Shown piece by piece: positions 37,610 through 47,417 of a DNA stretch of 64,000 nucleotides (position 1 is the first letter of the stretch; every line of letters starts with the position of its first letter). Position numbers and translations under genes: made by a program. The notes below the pieces were generated by a model. It saw nothing but the letters and a program-made list of their open reading frames with translations, had not been told where the DNA came from and did no database searches. Source of the stretch: Nostoc sp. DedSLP01 (GTDB lineage: Bacteria; Cyanobacteriota; Cyanobacteriia; Cyanobacteriales; Nostocaceae); the NCBI GenBank assembly GCA_034530875.2, contig JAVRCJ020000002.1, positions 192,001-256,000 on the forward strand. The letters are read 5' to 3'.

Positions 37610-40600
37610 ATGGAAAACTCCTCTATTATTCAACCCATAGAAGCAGATTCACAACAGCCAGAATCTCATTCTGACGCAACATTTTCCTTGCGTCAGAATG
37701 AGCATCAAAAAGCTTTATCTGGAGTTATAGCCCGAATTCGTGAATCTTTAGATATAAACGCCATATTCAAAATTACAGTTACAGAAGTGCGCCAGCTTCT
37801 GAAAAGCGATCGAGTCGGTGTATTCCGTTTTTATCCTGATTTGGAATGGGAAGGTGAATTTATCTATGAAGATGTGGGAGGTGAATGGAGTTCAGCACTA
37901 GCAGCCAAATTACACGATCACTGCTTTGGCGAAGAGTATGCAGAACTATATAAACAAGGTCGAATTAAAGCAACAACTGATATTTATCAAGGTAATGGCG
38001 CTGATTGCTACATTCAGATTCTAGAAAGATTTCAGGTACGTGCCAATATAGTTGCCCCATTGCTCAAAGGTAAAGATTTATGGGGATTGTTGTGTATTCA
38101 TCAGTGTAATAGTCCTCGGGAATGGGAAACATCAGAAATTGAGTTCGTACAACTCATTGCCGAACATCTAGGAGTAGCTTTACAGCAAGCAGATTACCTA
38201 GAACAAGTAAAACAACAATCAGCACAACTAGCACAAGCAAAAGCAAAAGAAAAAGCAGCAGAATGGCAGAGAACGATCGCCATAACTATTGAAAAAATTC
38301 GTCAGTCCCTAGACTTAGAAAGCATTTTCCGTACAAGTACAGTAGAACTCAGGCAGCTACTAAATGCCGATCGCGTCGGTATCTATCGCTTTAATCCAGA
38401 TTGGAGTGGTGAATTTGTATTTGAATCAGTAGCAGAAGGTTGGATCTCGCTGATAGACGAGCAATTGCGGCGACCGGAATTGCGCGACAACATCAGCGAA
38501 TGTAGCGCTAAAGATTTAGCTAAACCACCAACTACTGATACCTACTTACAAGAAACAGCAGGTGGGCGCTTCACCAGAAGCGAAGTCTACCGTATTTGTA
38601 ATGATATTTACAATGCAGGTTTTAACGACTGCTACATTAAAATTTTAGAAATCTATCAAGCAAGAGCTTACGCAATCATTGCTATTTACCACGGTCAAAA
38701 GCTCTGGGGCTTGCTAGCAGTCTACCAAAACACTGGAAGGCGTGATTGGCAAGAAGATGAGGTCTACTTACTCACCCAAGTTAGTACCCAGCTTGGTGTA
38801 GCTTTGCAACAAGCCGAATTTTTACAGCAAATGCAGATTCAAGCAGCACAGATCGGTAAAGCTGCTGAAAGGCAAAGAGCCTTGGCGAACACCGTAGAAA
38901 AAATTCGTCAGTCACTTGACATTGAAGCTATTTTTAAAACCACTACTCAAGAAGTCCGACGGCTATTAGAAGTAGAAAGAGTGGCAATTTATCGCTTTTA
39001 TCCAGACTGGAGTGGTGAATTTGTCGCTGATTCCATTGTTGATGGTTGGACGCCATTGGTTAAGCCGCAGCCTGTGACGGAAACTGTTCTTGTACAAGGA
39101 ACGCAAGCAGGTAAATATGCACGTCATGAGGTTTTTGTACCTATTTCTCAGGGTGAGAAACTGTGGGGATTGCTAGTAGCTTATCAAAACTCCCAACCTC
39201 GTTATTGGCAAGATGAGGAAGTCAACTTGCTAGCACAAGTTGGCGTTCAATTGGGGGTGGCGTTACAGCAAGCTGAATCCTTGAGACAGGTGCAGGCGCA
39301 AGCCCAGAAGTTGGCTAAAGCTGCCGGTAGAGAGAAAGCCCTAGCCGCAACAGTGGAGAAAATTCGCCAATCTCTCGATATTGATACCATTTTTGCCACT
39401 AGTACAGAAGAAGTCCAACGGCTATTAGAAGTCGATCGCGTGACAATCTATCGCTTCCAGGCTGATTGGAGTGGAGAATTTGTAGCTGAGTCTTTAGCCC
39501 AGGGTTGGATACCAATTAGAGAACTTGTAGGTGCGATGTCTACGACGGTCTACGCATCTGATGAGTTGCAAAATAGCCAAGGCGGAGACTTTGCTCAAGG
39601 TAAAATTCTTGTCGTTAAGGATACTTACAAGGCTAATGATTCTATTTCTCATACACCTCTAATCGAGCTAATAGAGGCTAGGGCATATATGATTGTGCCG
39701 ATTTTTCAAGGCGAGAAACTCTGGGGATTGCTAGCAGCGTATCAAAATATTCAACCTCGTGATTGGCAAGAGGATGAAGTAGATTTACTGATGCAGATTG
39801 GTACTCAGTTAGGCGTGGGACTTCAGCAAGCAGAATTACTCGAACAAACTCAACGTCAAAAGGAAGAACTCACCCAGACTCTAAAAGAATTACGGCAAAC
39901 TCAAAGCCAGTTGATTCAAAGCGAAAAAATGGCAGGTTTAGGACAATTAGTTGCTGGGATAGCACATGAAATTAACAATCCAATTAGTTTCATTTACGGC
40001 AACATTACTTATGTTAACGAACATGCGGAAAATTTATTGAAATTACTACAAGTCTACGAAAAACGGTATCCCAAGCTAAGACAAGAAATTCAAAAACAAG
40101 CAGCCGAACTAGATTTAGATTATATTGCCGATGATTTGCCAAAAATTCTCAACTCAATGACAATGGGTGCAGAGAGAATTTCTCAATTAGTGTTGTCTTT
40201 ACGCAGTTTTTCTCGACTCGATGAAGCCGAAATGAAACCGGTTGACCTGCATGAAGGGATAGACAGCACTTTATTAATATTACAACATCGACTCAAACCG
40301 CAGGGTAATTCTTTTGCAATAGAAGTAGTTAAAGAATATGGGGATTTGCCTCCAGTAGTCTGTTATGCAGCACAGATGAATCAGGTATTTATGAATATTT
40401 TGAATAATGCGATCGATGCTCTAGAACACTCAGTAAATGTTGAGCAAATAATTAACAATCCTAAAATATGGGTGACGACAAAAGTCCAAGAATCGAATAC
40501 TATTTTGATATGTATCGCTGATAATGGTTGCGGTATTCCAGAGAGGGTGCGATCGCGGATTTTTGAACCCTTCTTTACTACCAAGCAACCCGGTCAAGGC

Positions 40601-40732
40601 ACTGGTTTAGGACTATCTATTAGCTATCAAATTATTGTGGATAAACACGGCGGTAATATCAAGTGTGTTTCTGAACCTGGTAAAGGTTGTGAGTTTTGGA
40701 TAGAAATTCCCATTAAACAAACGATTGCTTAA
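37610..40732 (+). CDS. Four-GAF cyanobacteriochrome-type histidine kinase
   Basis: Four IRQSLD..DRV..YRF..LWGLL units; GAF1 DHCF..CY; GAF2 DTYLQET..CY with a Cys-bearing insert; H-box AHEINNP and G-boxes. Confidence 0.93.
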   Translation: MENSSIIQPIEADSQQPESHSDATFSLRQNEHQKALSGVIARIRESLDINAIFKITVTEVRQLLKSDRVGVFRFYPDLEWEGEFIYEDVGGEWSSALAAKLHDHCFGEEYAELYKQGRIKATTDIYQGNGADCYIQILERFQVRANIVAPLLKGKDLWGLLCIHQCNSPREWETSEIEFVQLIAEHLGVALQQADYLEQVKQQSAQLAQAKAKEKAAEWQRTIAITIEKIRQSLDLESIFRTSTVELRQLLNADRVGIYRFNPDWSGEFVFESVAEGWISLIDEQLRRPELRDNISECSAKDLAKPPTTDTYLQETAGGRFTRSEVYRICNDIYNAGFNDCYIKILEIYQARAYAIIAIYHGQKLWGLLAVYQNTGRRDWQEDEVYLLTQVSTQLGVALQQAEFLQQMQIQAAQIGKAAERQRALANTVEKIRQSLDIEAIFKTTTQEVRRLLEVERVAIYRFYPDWSGEFVADSIVDGWTPLVKPQPVTETVLVQGTQAGKYARHEVFVPISQGEKLWGLLVAYQNSQPRYWQDEEVNLLAQVGVQLGVALQQAESLRQVQAQAQKLAKAAGREKALAATVEKIRQSLDIDTIFATSTEEVQRLLEVDRVTIYRFQADWSGEFVAESLAQGWIPIRELVGAMSTTVYASDELQNSQGGDFAQGKILVVKDTYKANDSISHTPLIELIEARAYMIVPIFQGEKLWGLLAAYQNIQPRDWQEDEVDLLMQIGTQLGVGLQQAELLEQTQRQKEELTQTLKELRQTQSQLIQSEKMAGLGQLVAGIAHEINNPISFIYGNITYVNEHAENLLKLLQVYEKRYPKLRQEIQKQAAELDLDYIADDLPKILNSMTMGAERISQLVLSLRSFSRLDEAEMKPVDLHEGIDSTLLILQHRLKPQGNSFAIEVVKEYGDLPPVVCYAAQMNQVFMNILNNAIDALEHSVNVEQIINNPKIWVTTKVQESNTILICIADNGCGIPERVRSRIFEPFFTTKQPGQGTGLGLSISYQIIVDKHGGNIKCVSEPGKGCEFWIEIPIKQTIA
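39533..39555 (+). mobile_element. In-frame 15-nt HIP1-targeting insert (SDR5-like) inside GAF4
   Basis: GCGAT|GTCTACGACGGTCTA|CGC encodes AMSTTVYA. Confidence 0.7.
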
Positions 40733-40961
40733 AAAATAGCGTTGATGTTATATCTTATTGGCTTTTTTTATCACGCAGGGGGGCAGAGAACGCAGAGGAA
40801 TAAGAGGGCAATCGTATTTGAATAAAAATTTAGCGATCGCTTTTATTATGAAGGTGCAATTAGGTGATGACATTTGAATAAAAATTTAGCGATCGCCTAG
40901 CTTATAAAATCAGATTAAGTAATACAAAATAAGCGAGTCACTTTGTCAACACGCTACCCAT

Positions 40962-41180
40962 TTAAGCCACCTTACAAACGGTCGGTTTTGGAAGTGCTTC
41001 CCCGGTAGCTTCATAAGCGATTATCAGTGACTCTAATGCTTCAGTACCATTTGCAACAGCTTCTTCATAAGTATCGCCATGCGTGCGAAAAGGCTGTCCA
41101 GGGAAATCGGGAAATCCGACTAAAAAGCAGTTGTCTTCATCAGACCATTGAATTAGCATTTGATATTTAAATTTGCTCAT
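40962..41180 (-). CDS. hicB: HicB family antitoxin
   Basis: YQMLIQWSDEDNCFLVGFPDF..THGDTYEEAV..GEALPKP. Confidence 0.88.
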   Translation of the reverse strand: MSKFKYQMLIQWSDEDNCFLVGFPDFPGQPFRTHGDTYEEAVANGTEALESLIIAYEATGEALPKPTVCKVA

Positions 41181-41247
41181 CTTCTTGATTCTTTTGCTGT
41201 TTTTCTTCTACTTCTTTAATTGCTTGTTGAACGTCTTTCTCTTGATT
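41167..41247 (-). pseudogene. Probable 3' remnant of the HicA toxin gene
   Basis: The minus frame QEKDVQQAIKEVEEKQQKNQEDEQI* overlaps the hicB start and resembles cyanobacterial HicA C-termini; the GSH-containing N-half is absent. Confidence 0.6.
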
Positions 41248-41458
41248 GGCAAATCAGGAAATGCGGTACTCGAAGACGAATCCAAGGCGATCGCATCGTG
41301 GAGATTTTGCAGGCGATCGCTTTTTTTATCTCACGCAGAGGCGCGGAGAACGCAGAGGAAGAAGAGAAGAAGCAATACCTGTGGTAAACTACGCTAACTT
41401 ACACTGTAAATGCCGTATTTTGATTACGATTAGTAATATCTCGGCTCTCTTAACTTAT

Positions 41459-41731
41459 ATGCAAATCAAAGAAATTCTCGAAGCACTTCCAAGTTTGAGC
41501 ATAAGCGATCGCTTAAAGATAGCTGAATCAGCCCTGCAATTGGTTCTTCAAGAAAAATACTCACTTACTAAAGATGAGCAAAAACAACAATTAACCCTAG
41601 CAGCAATGACAGCTATTGCAGATTATGCACCTGGTAGTGAATTAAATATATTCTCGGATTTAGAGGGAGAAGACTTTTGCGATTATCCAGATGAAGACTT
41701 CTATAACTCAGAGACTTATGTACAGAGGTGA
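41459..41731 (+). CDS. Putative antitoxin (acidic tail) upstream of the PemK toxin
   Basis: MQIKEILEALPSLSISDRLKIAE..ELNIFSDLEGEDF; overlaps the toxin start. Confidence 0.7.
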   Translation: MQIKEILEALPSLSISDRLKIAESALQLVLQEKYSLTKDEQKQQLTLAAMTAIADYAPGSELNIFSDLEGEDFCDYPDEDFYNSETYVQR

Positions 41732-42071
41732 AGTCTGGCTAGTGAACTTAGATCCAACTGTCGGGACAGAAATTAGCAAAAAACGTCCTTGTATCATAGT
41801 AAATGATGATGCTATTGGAATTTTACCTTTGAAGGTTATTGTCCCAATTACGGATTGGAAAGAAAGATATGCAATCAGACCTTGGATGGTGCGGTTGGAA
41901 CCAAGCATAGAAAACAGTTTAGCCAAAGTTTCTGGTGTCGATGCTTTTCAAATACGTTCAGTTTCAGAAATAAGATTAGTTAGAAAATTAGGTCAACTCT
42001 CGGACTCAGAAATGCAACTTGTTTCTCAAGCATTAGCTGTTGTCTTAAATATTTCTCACCCAATATCTTAG
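41718..42071 (+). CDS. PemK/MazF family endoribonuclease toxin
   Basis: RGEVWLVNLDPTVGTEISKKRPCIIV, VPIT, QIRSVS..RL..KLGQL. Confidence 0.93.
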   Translation: MYRGEVWLVNLDPTVGTEISKKRPCIIVNDDAIGILPLKVIVPITDWKERYAIRPWMVRLEPSIENSLAKVSGVDAFQIRSVSEIRLVRKLGQLSDSEMQLVSQALAVVLNISHPIS

Positions 42072-42148
42072 CGATCGCATAGTGGAGTTTTTGCTGGCGG
42101 CTTTTATCTCACGCATGAAGCAAGAGAGACGCAGAGAGAAAGCGATAA

Positions 42149-42898
42149 TTATTTTGACTCTGCTAGTTTCTCAGCGATTGATATACCAATTTTATGAAAA
42201 TATTCATTTGTTAAACCTTTAGTGGCAGGATGTTTAGCTATTACAAATACAGTTTGAGCATTTCTACCAATGAAAAAACCTTCTGACCTCCATAAAAAAT
42301 CAATATCCCCTATTTTTTTAGTTATTTCTCTCCAAGAAGATTCATATCCTATTCCGTAGTAAATAACTGCTTTAAGTTGATGACATTCTTTTATTTTCTC
42401 GCTGAGATGATTAATTCGAGTTTCAAGACAATGCTTTTCATAACTTTCCCTATTGCATAAATAAGACAATTGGGAATGCTCATTATATATCCAATGCTTA
42501 AGAGATGGTGACGGTAAAGGCAATAGTTCTAACAAACAAGTCTCTTGATTTCTTCTACCTAATTTGCTTATTTGATACTGACGAACATCTTCTATATCAA
42601 TATTTTCTTGCCCTTTAGCACTTAATAAAATACGAATAATTTTATTCCAAACTGGCACATCCAATCTGGCATTTGCTTCAAAACTCGATCCATATCCGAT
42701 AGCTTGATGAAATTCTGCAATATCTTCTATTTCCTGTTCTCCTCTATCTGACCATGTTTTTATTCTGTTATTAATCTCTTGAAAATCTCCTCCTGCTTCT
42801 TCCATACCAATAAACCAATAACTTCCTTGATAGTTACCATATCCATAAAATGTATGAACTATTTTTTCGAGAATCTTATCATCAAAAAAATTTGACAT
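42149..42898 (-). CDS. AT-rich hypothetical protein, possibly of the uracil-DNA-glycosylase superfamily fold
   Basis: GYGN..YWFIGMEEAGG, LLELLPLPSP, AVIYYG and KHP motifs. Confidence 0.65.
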   Translation of the reverse strand: MSNFFDDKILEKIVHTFYGYGNYQGSYWFIGMEEAGGDFQEINNRIKTWSDRGEQEIEDIAEFHQAIGYGSSFEANARLDVPVWNKIIRILLSAKGQENIDIEDVRQYQISKLGRRNQETCLLELLPLPSPSLKHWIYNEHSQLSYLCNRESYEKHCLETRINHLSEKIKECHQLKAVIYYGIGYESSWREITKKIGDIDFLWRSEGFFIGRNAQTVFVIAKHPATKGLTNEYFHKIGISIAEKLAESK

Positions 42899-43050
42899 AT
42901 CATAACTCTGCAATTTTGTTTATGAAATTAAATTTGGCTAGTCAAAAATAATTGAGGGCACTCAGAATGTCAAGTAAAGAAATAAAAATTTATCCATAAT
43001 TTTCGGAAATGAATTTTCTAATCTTTGTGCCTTTGTGTGGATTAGTTCCC

Positions 43051-43091
43051 AAAAAAAACTAGCCTTGGAAGTATCACACTCCCAAGGCTAG
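43051..43091 (-). terminator. Intrinsic terminator of the pnt operon
   Basis: CTAGCCTTGG stem followed by a T8 run on the minus strand. Confidence 0.8.
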
Positions 43092-43137
43092 CCAACTCTC
43101 TAAATTCTTTCTTTACATTGCGCCCTTTGCGCTTCGT

Positions 43138-44544
43138 TTAGAGTTGCTTCACTTCCGAAACCAACTTCGATACCATATCTTTCGCGCTACCAAAAAGCAT
43201 CGTAGTTTTATCCTTGTAGAACAACTCATTATCTACACCGGCAAAACCCGTACTCATCCCGCGCTTAATTACAATTGTCTGCTTCGCCCGATCTACTTCC
43301 AGAATCGGCATACCATAAATTGGGCTATTTGTATCACTCCGCGCTGCTGGATTTACTACGTCATTTGCCCCAATTACTAAAGCCACATCAGCTTGTTCAA
43401 ACTGGGGATTAATATCATCCATGTCGTATAACTGCGTATAAGGCACATTCGCCTCAGCCAACAACACATTCATGTGTCCTGGCATTCTTCCAGCTACGGG
43501 GTGAATGGCATACTTGACATCTACGCCCATACGTTCTAATTGATCTGATAATTCCCGGACACTATGTTGTGCTTGGGCAACTGCCATACCATAACCAGGT
43601 ACAATTACCACAGAACGGGCATATCCTAACATCATCGCCCCTTCTTCAGGATCGATACTGCGGACAGTTTGATCTACTGCACCACCACCAGCAGCACCAC
43701 CGCCAGCAGTAGAACCTGTACCAAAAGCGCTGAACAGCACACTGAAGAGGGAGCGGTTCATTGCCTTACACATAATTTCGGTGAGGATTAACCCAGAGGC
43801 TCCCACCAACGCCCCGGCGATGATTAACATATTGTTCATCACCACAAAACCAGCAGCAGCAGCCGCCACACCTGACAAGGAGTTCAACAGCGAAATTACC
43901 ACGGGCATATCGCCACCACCAATGGGGATGACGAACATCACACCCAGCACTAAGGAAACAGCAACTACTCCCAAGAATATGGGTAGGCTATCTGGTGTGA
44001 TGATTAAGTAAACACTGCCTGTTACGTAAGCAGCCAGAAGCAGCAGGTTAAATGGTTGCTGGAAGGGAAATGTAATCGGGGAACCACTGATTAAACCTTG
44101 CAATTTTGCAAAGGCGAGAAAACTACCTGTAAAGGTAACGCCACCGATTAACACATCCAGCAGCATGGAAATGTTCACATCTAGGGGTACGGGTGCGCCA
44201 GAATCCAATAACCGCCAGAATTCGGCAACGGCGACTAAAGCCGAAGCCGCACCGCCCAAACCGTTGAGTAAACCTACCATTTGGGGCATTTCCGTCATTT
44301 GGACTTTGTAGGCAACGATCGCACCAATTCCCGATCCAATTGCCAAGCCTAACAAAATCATTTCATAGTTCAACACGTGTCGATCTAGCATTGTGGCCAC
44401 AATTGCCAGCAACATCCCCACTGCCGCAATCACATTACCATTTCGTGCTGTCGCTGGCGAACCCAGCTTTTTCAAACCAAAAATGAATAAGGATGCAGCG
44501 ACTAAATATGTCAGCTGAATGCCAGTTGGTAAAAAGTCGCTCAC
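43138..44544 (-). CDS. pntB: NAD(P) transhydrogenase beta subunit
   Basis: MPQMV, IGGGDMPVVIS, MCKAMNRS, PGYGMAVAQAQ, HPVAGRMPGHMNVLLAEA. Confidence 0.98.
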   Translation of the reverse strand: MSDFLPTGIQLTYLVAASLFIFGLKKLGSPATARNGNVIAAVGMLLAIVATMLDRHVLNYEMILLGLAIGSGIGAIVAYKVQMTEMPQMVGLLNGLGGAASALVAVAEFWRLLDSGAPVPLDVNISMLLDVLIGGVTFTGSFLAFAKLQGLISGSPITFPFQQPFNLLLLAAYVTGSVYLIITPDSLPIFLGVVAVSLVLGVMFVIPIGGGDMPVVISLLNSLSGVAAAAAGFVVMNNMLIIAGALVGASGLILTEIMCKAMNRSLFSVLFSAFGTGSTAGGGAAGGGAVDQTVRSIDPEEGAMMLGYARSVVIVPGYGMAVAQAQHSVRELSDQLERMGVDVKYAIHPVAGRMPGHMNVLLAEANVPYTQLYDMDDINPQFEQADVALVIGANDVVNPAARSDTNSPIYGMPILEVDRAKQTIVIKRGMSTGFAGVDNELFYKDKTTMLFGSAKDMVSKLVSEVKQL

Positions 44545-44834
44545 GCCTTAATCTCCTTCTTCTTGAACATAAGCAGCATTCTGTCTGTGACGAGGAAACC
44601 ACCAACAACGTTGACAGTTGCTAGTACGACAGCAATTAAACCGAGAATCACTGACACACTCGTTTCTCTAGCACCTGAGGCCACAATTGCCCCAAGTACC
44701 GAAATGCCAGAAATTGCGTTTGAGCCTGACATTAAAGGTGTGTGTAACGTAGGTGGTATTTTGTTGATGACTTCAAAGCCAATAAAAGACGCCAGAACAA
44801 ACACAAACAAAGCAGCGAGTAATGCCTCTGTCAT
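44541..44834 (-). CDS. pntA: NAD(P) transhydrogenase alpha subunit, membrane part (alpha-2)
   Basis: LHTPLMSGSNAISG, NVVGGFLVTDRML. Confidence 0.96.
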   Translation of the reverse strand: MTEALLAALFVFVLASFIGFEVINKIPPTLHTPLMSGSNAISGISVLGAIVASGARETSVSVILGLIAVVLATVNVVGGFLVTDRMLLMFKKKEIKA

Positions 44835-44850
44835 TAAATAAAACTCCTCT

Positions 44851-44906
44851 TGGGAATGGGTACTGGGTACTGGGGATTGGGTACTGGGGATTGGGTATTG
44901 GGTACT
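44851..44906. repeat. Heptameric tandem repeat (TGGGTAC/TGGGGAT), STRR type
   Basis: Read directly. Confidence 0.85.
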
Positions 44907-44968
44907 GAGAACGTATTGCTAAATATTTATTTCCCAGTTCCTAATCCCTAGTCGCAAGTCCTCAGTCC

Positions 44969-46144
44969 CTAATTAACCGCCGGTTCTTGAGTATTCAAAG
45001 CTTGTAGCGCCTCACACACTCGTTGATTGCGAATTTCACCTGCGTGGGTAACGCAAGCTGCATCAACGATGTCGTCGCCAAAGTCAACTTGCAAAGCTTT
45101 CTCTTTGTTAATCAACAGTTGGATTAACGATGTCAAATTCTTGGAATACAATTGGCTGGCGTGGACTGGCATCGAGGACGGTAAATTGATGGGGCCGATT
45201 ATTGTGACGCCATTCCAGACAATATCTTTGCCGGGTTCGGTGCAGGCGCAGTTACCACCCTGTTCGGCAGCTAAATCTACAATTACTGAACCGGGTTTCA
45301 TCTGTGCCACCATTTCTTCTGTCACGAGTCGCGGTGCTTTTTTCCCTGGTACTTGGGCGGTGGTAATCACTACATCGCTATTTTTGATGTGTTCGGCGAC
45401 AACTTCCTGGGTACGTTGTTTGCTAGCCTCAGAAATTTCTTTGGCGTAACCACCTGCGGCGACGGTTTCTTCTTCGAGTTTAACTTCGACGAATTTTGCC
45501 CCTAAGCTTTGCACTTCTTCTTTTACAGCCGGACGAATATCGAAGGCTTCTACCACTGCTCCCAGGCGTCTAGCAGTGGCGATCGCTTGCAATCCAGCCA
45601 CACCAGCACCCATAATAAATACTTTCGCTGGGGCAATGGTGCCTGCGGCTGTTGTCAGCATCGGGAAATATTTCGGTAATGCAGCTGCGGCAATCAATAC
45701 TGCCTTGTAACCTGCTAGTGAAGCTTGCGAGGACAAAGCATCCATACTTTGCGCCCTGGTGGTACGGGGAATTAGTTCCATACTCAAGGCTGTGACTTTG
45801 CGATTTGCCAATTGCTGTGCCACCACAGGATTTCCTAAAGGATTGAGGAAGCTAACTAATACAGCTCCTTCCTTTAACAAATCAACTTCTGAACGTCCAT
45901 CTTCTCGCTCTTGGGGTGGGCTAACTTTGAGCAAAATATCTGCTTCGCCCCATAATTTGACAGAATCGCTAATAATTGTGGCTCCTGCTGCTTCATAAGC
46001 AGGATCGCTAAAAAAGGAGCGCTCTCCTGCACCTGATTCTACCCAAACTTCTAAACCTTGTTTTACCAATCGGGCAACAACGTCAGGAATTAATGCCACA
46101 CGACGTTCGCAAACTTCAATTTCTTTAGCAACTGCTATTCTCAT
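44969..46144 (-). CDS. pntA: NAD(P) transhydrogenase alpha subunit, soluble part (alpha-1)
   Basis: ERRVALIP, RTTRAQSMDALSS, GAGVAGLQAI, VDLAAEQGGNC; start MRIAV at 46144. Confidence 0.97.
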   Translation of the reverse strand: MRIAVAKEIEVCERRVALIPDVVARLVKQGLEVWVESGAGERSFFSDPAYEAAGATIISDSVKLWGEADILLKVSPPQEREDGRSEVDLLKEGAVLVSFLNPLGNPVVAQQLANRKVTALSMELIPRTTRAQSMDALSSQASLAGYKAVLIAAAALPKYFPMLTTAAGTIAPAKVFIMGAGVAGLQAIATARRLGAVVEAFDIRPAVKEEVQSLGAKFVEVKLEEETVAAGGYAKEISEASKQRTQEVVAEHIKNSDVVITTAQVPGKKAPRLVTEEMVAQMKPGSVIVDLAAEQGGNCACTEPGKDIVWNGVTIIGPINLPSSMPVHASQLYSKNLTSLIQLLINKEKALQVDFGDDIVDAACVTHAGEIRNQRVCEALQALNTQEPAVN

Positions 46145-46904
46145 GAAATCTCCTGAAGATAAATACTTAATCTCTGCCAAGTAAGCGATCGCTCAGATGA
46201 GAGATATTTCGCACTTTTAATACTGAGGCAGGAACATCAGCCATGATTTTTACTAGTAGATTGAACCTTGAATCTTTCCTCTCCCACTCTTCGTTATCCG
46301 CGCAAAGCCTGACTTTGACGCTTGCAGATGTTAGATTTTCAGATATTTGCAAATAGGGTTACATATTGCACATACTATGTTGTTCCCAAATTTTGCATCT
46401 TTATCTTCAGCTTATTTTCGGGATTGAGAAATTGGCTATATCCATTCTTATAGAGTAATATTGACCAAATTTTTAAAGCTTGATAATTATTCAAATCAAA
46501 TTTTAATAATTCCGACTTTGATTCAAGCTTGTTTTAATCAATTTATCTCAAGTTCACTGGCGATCGCTAACCGTAGGGCTGAATTTTTATAACAAAATTC
46601 TTAAGTTTATATACACTTATACATATTCAGAAACACAATCTCATCTCAACTGTGTTTTCATTTAGTTTCACATTTGACCAATCAACTAATCAAATCAAGT
46701 CTCTGTAAGGATAATGAAGTGAATTAAGTTAACGTTAAATTTATGAGTAAGCAAAATTACTGTCAGCCAAAACTCACAAAAATGGCACTTTATTTTGCTA
46801 CTCAACGTCTATTGTCAGGGAATCAGTAGTAAAGTTTAGTAAAGAATACTAACATACCGTTATTTTAGATAACAGATTTATATTTTGGTGGAGGGAGCCT
46901 AACT

Positions 46905-47417
46905 ATGCGACGTTTACTTTCAGCTTTAGCCGTTACTAGCTGTTTGCTGGCTGGATTTCCAGCTTTAACTTCGGCGCAAAGCTTACCTGGATTTACCCTG
47001 TTTAGCGGTGTCAAAAGCGAAAATCAGCTGCCCTTCCGGTTAGATTATGGCGGACAAAGCAATGGTTGGGATCGTTATAGATTGAGGATTCCAGCTAAAA
47101 GAATGAAATTGGCAGTTGCTCAATTTGCCATTACCTATCCTGATTATTACCAAGGAACTTTTGACCCCAAAAAAATTGAGGTACGAGTCAAAGGTAAATC
47201 AGTGAAGCTTTCTGAAGTGAAGTGGGATAAAGAAGGTAAACTGATTAGTATTTTTCCCGAAGAACCCGTGCCAGCAGGTAGTGGAGTTGAGTTAGTCTTA
47301 TCCAACGTTAAAAACCCTTCCTTTGGTGGAATGTATTATTTCAACTGTCAAGTTCTCTCCCCTGGCGACGTTCCACTACTGCGCTACATGGGAACGTGGA
47401 TTTTGAGTATCAGTTGA
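46905..47417 (+). CDS. DUF2808 family exported protein
   Basis: Signal peptide; NVKNPSFGGMYYFN..PGDVPLLRYMGTW; position upstream of rpmH. Confidence 0.8.
   Translation: MRRLLSALAVTSCLLAGFPALTSAQSLPGFTLFSGVKSENQLPFRLDYGGQSNGWDRYRLRIPAKRMKLAVAQFAITYPDYYQGTFDPKKIEVRVKGKSVKLSEVKWDKEGKLISIFPEEPVPAGSGVELVLSNVKNPSFGGMYYFNCQVLSPGDVPLLRYMGTWILSIS

Noticed and set aside
40816..40896. Two 25-bp direct repeats (ATTTGAATAAAAATTTAGCGATCGC) with a 31-bp spacer as a mini-CRISPR
   Set aside because: Only two copies, ending in HIP1, with no leader or cas genes; more likely a local duplication at the cassette hotspot.
46360..46900. AT-rich intergenic region near rpmH as oriC
   Set aside because: No dnaA/dnaN genes and no cluster of DnaA boxes were seen.
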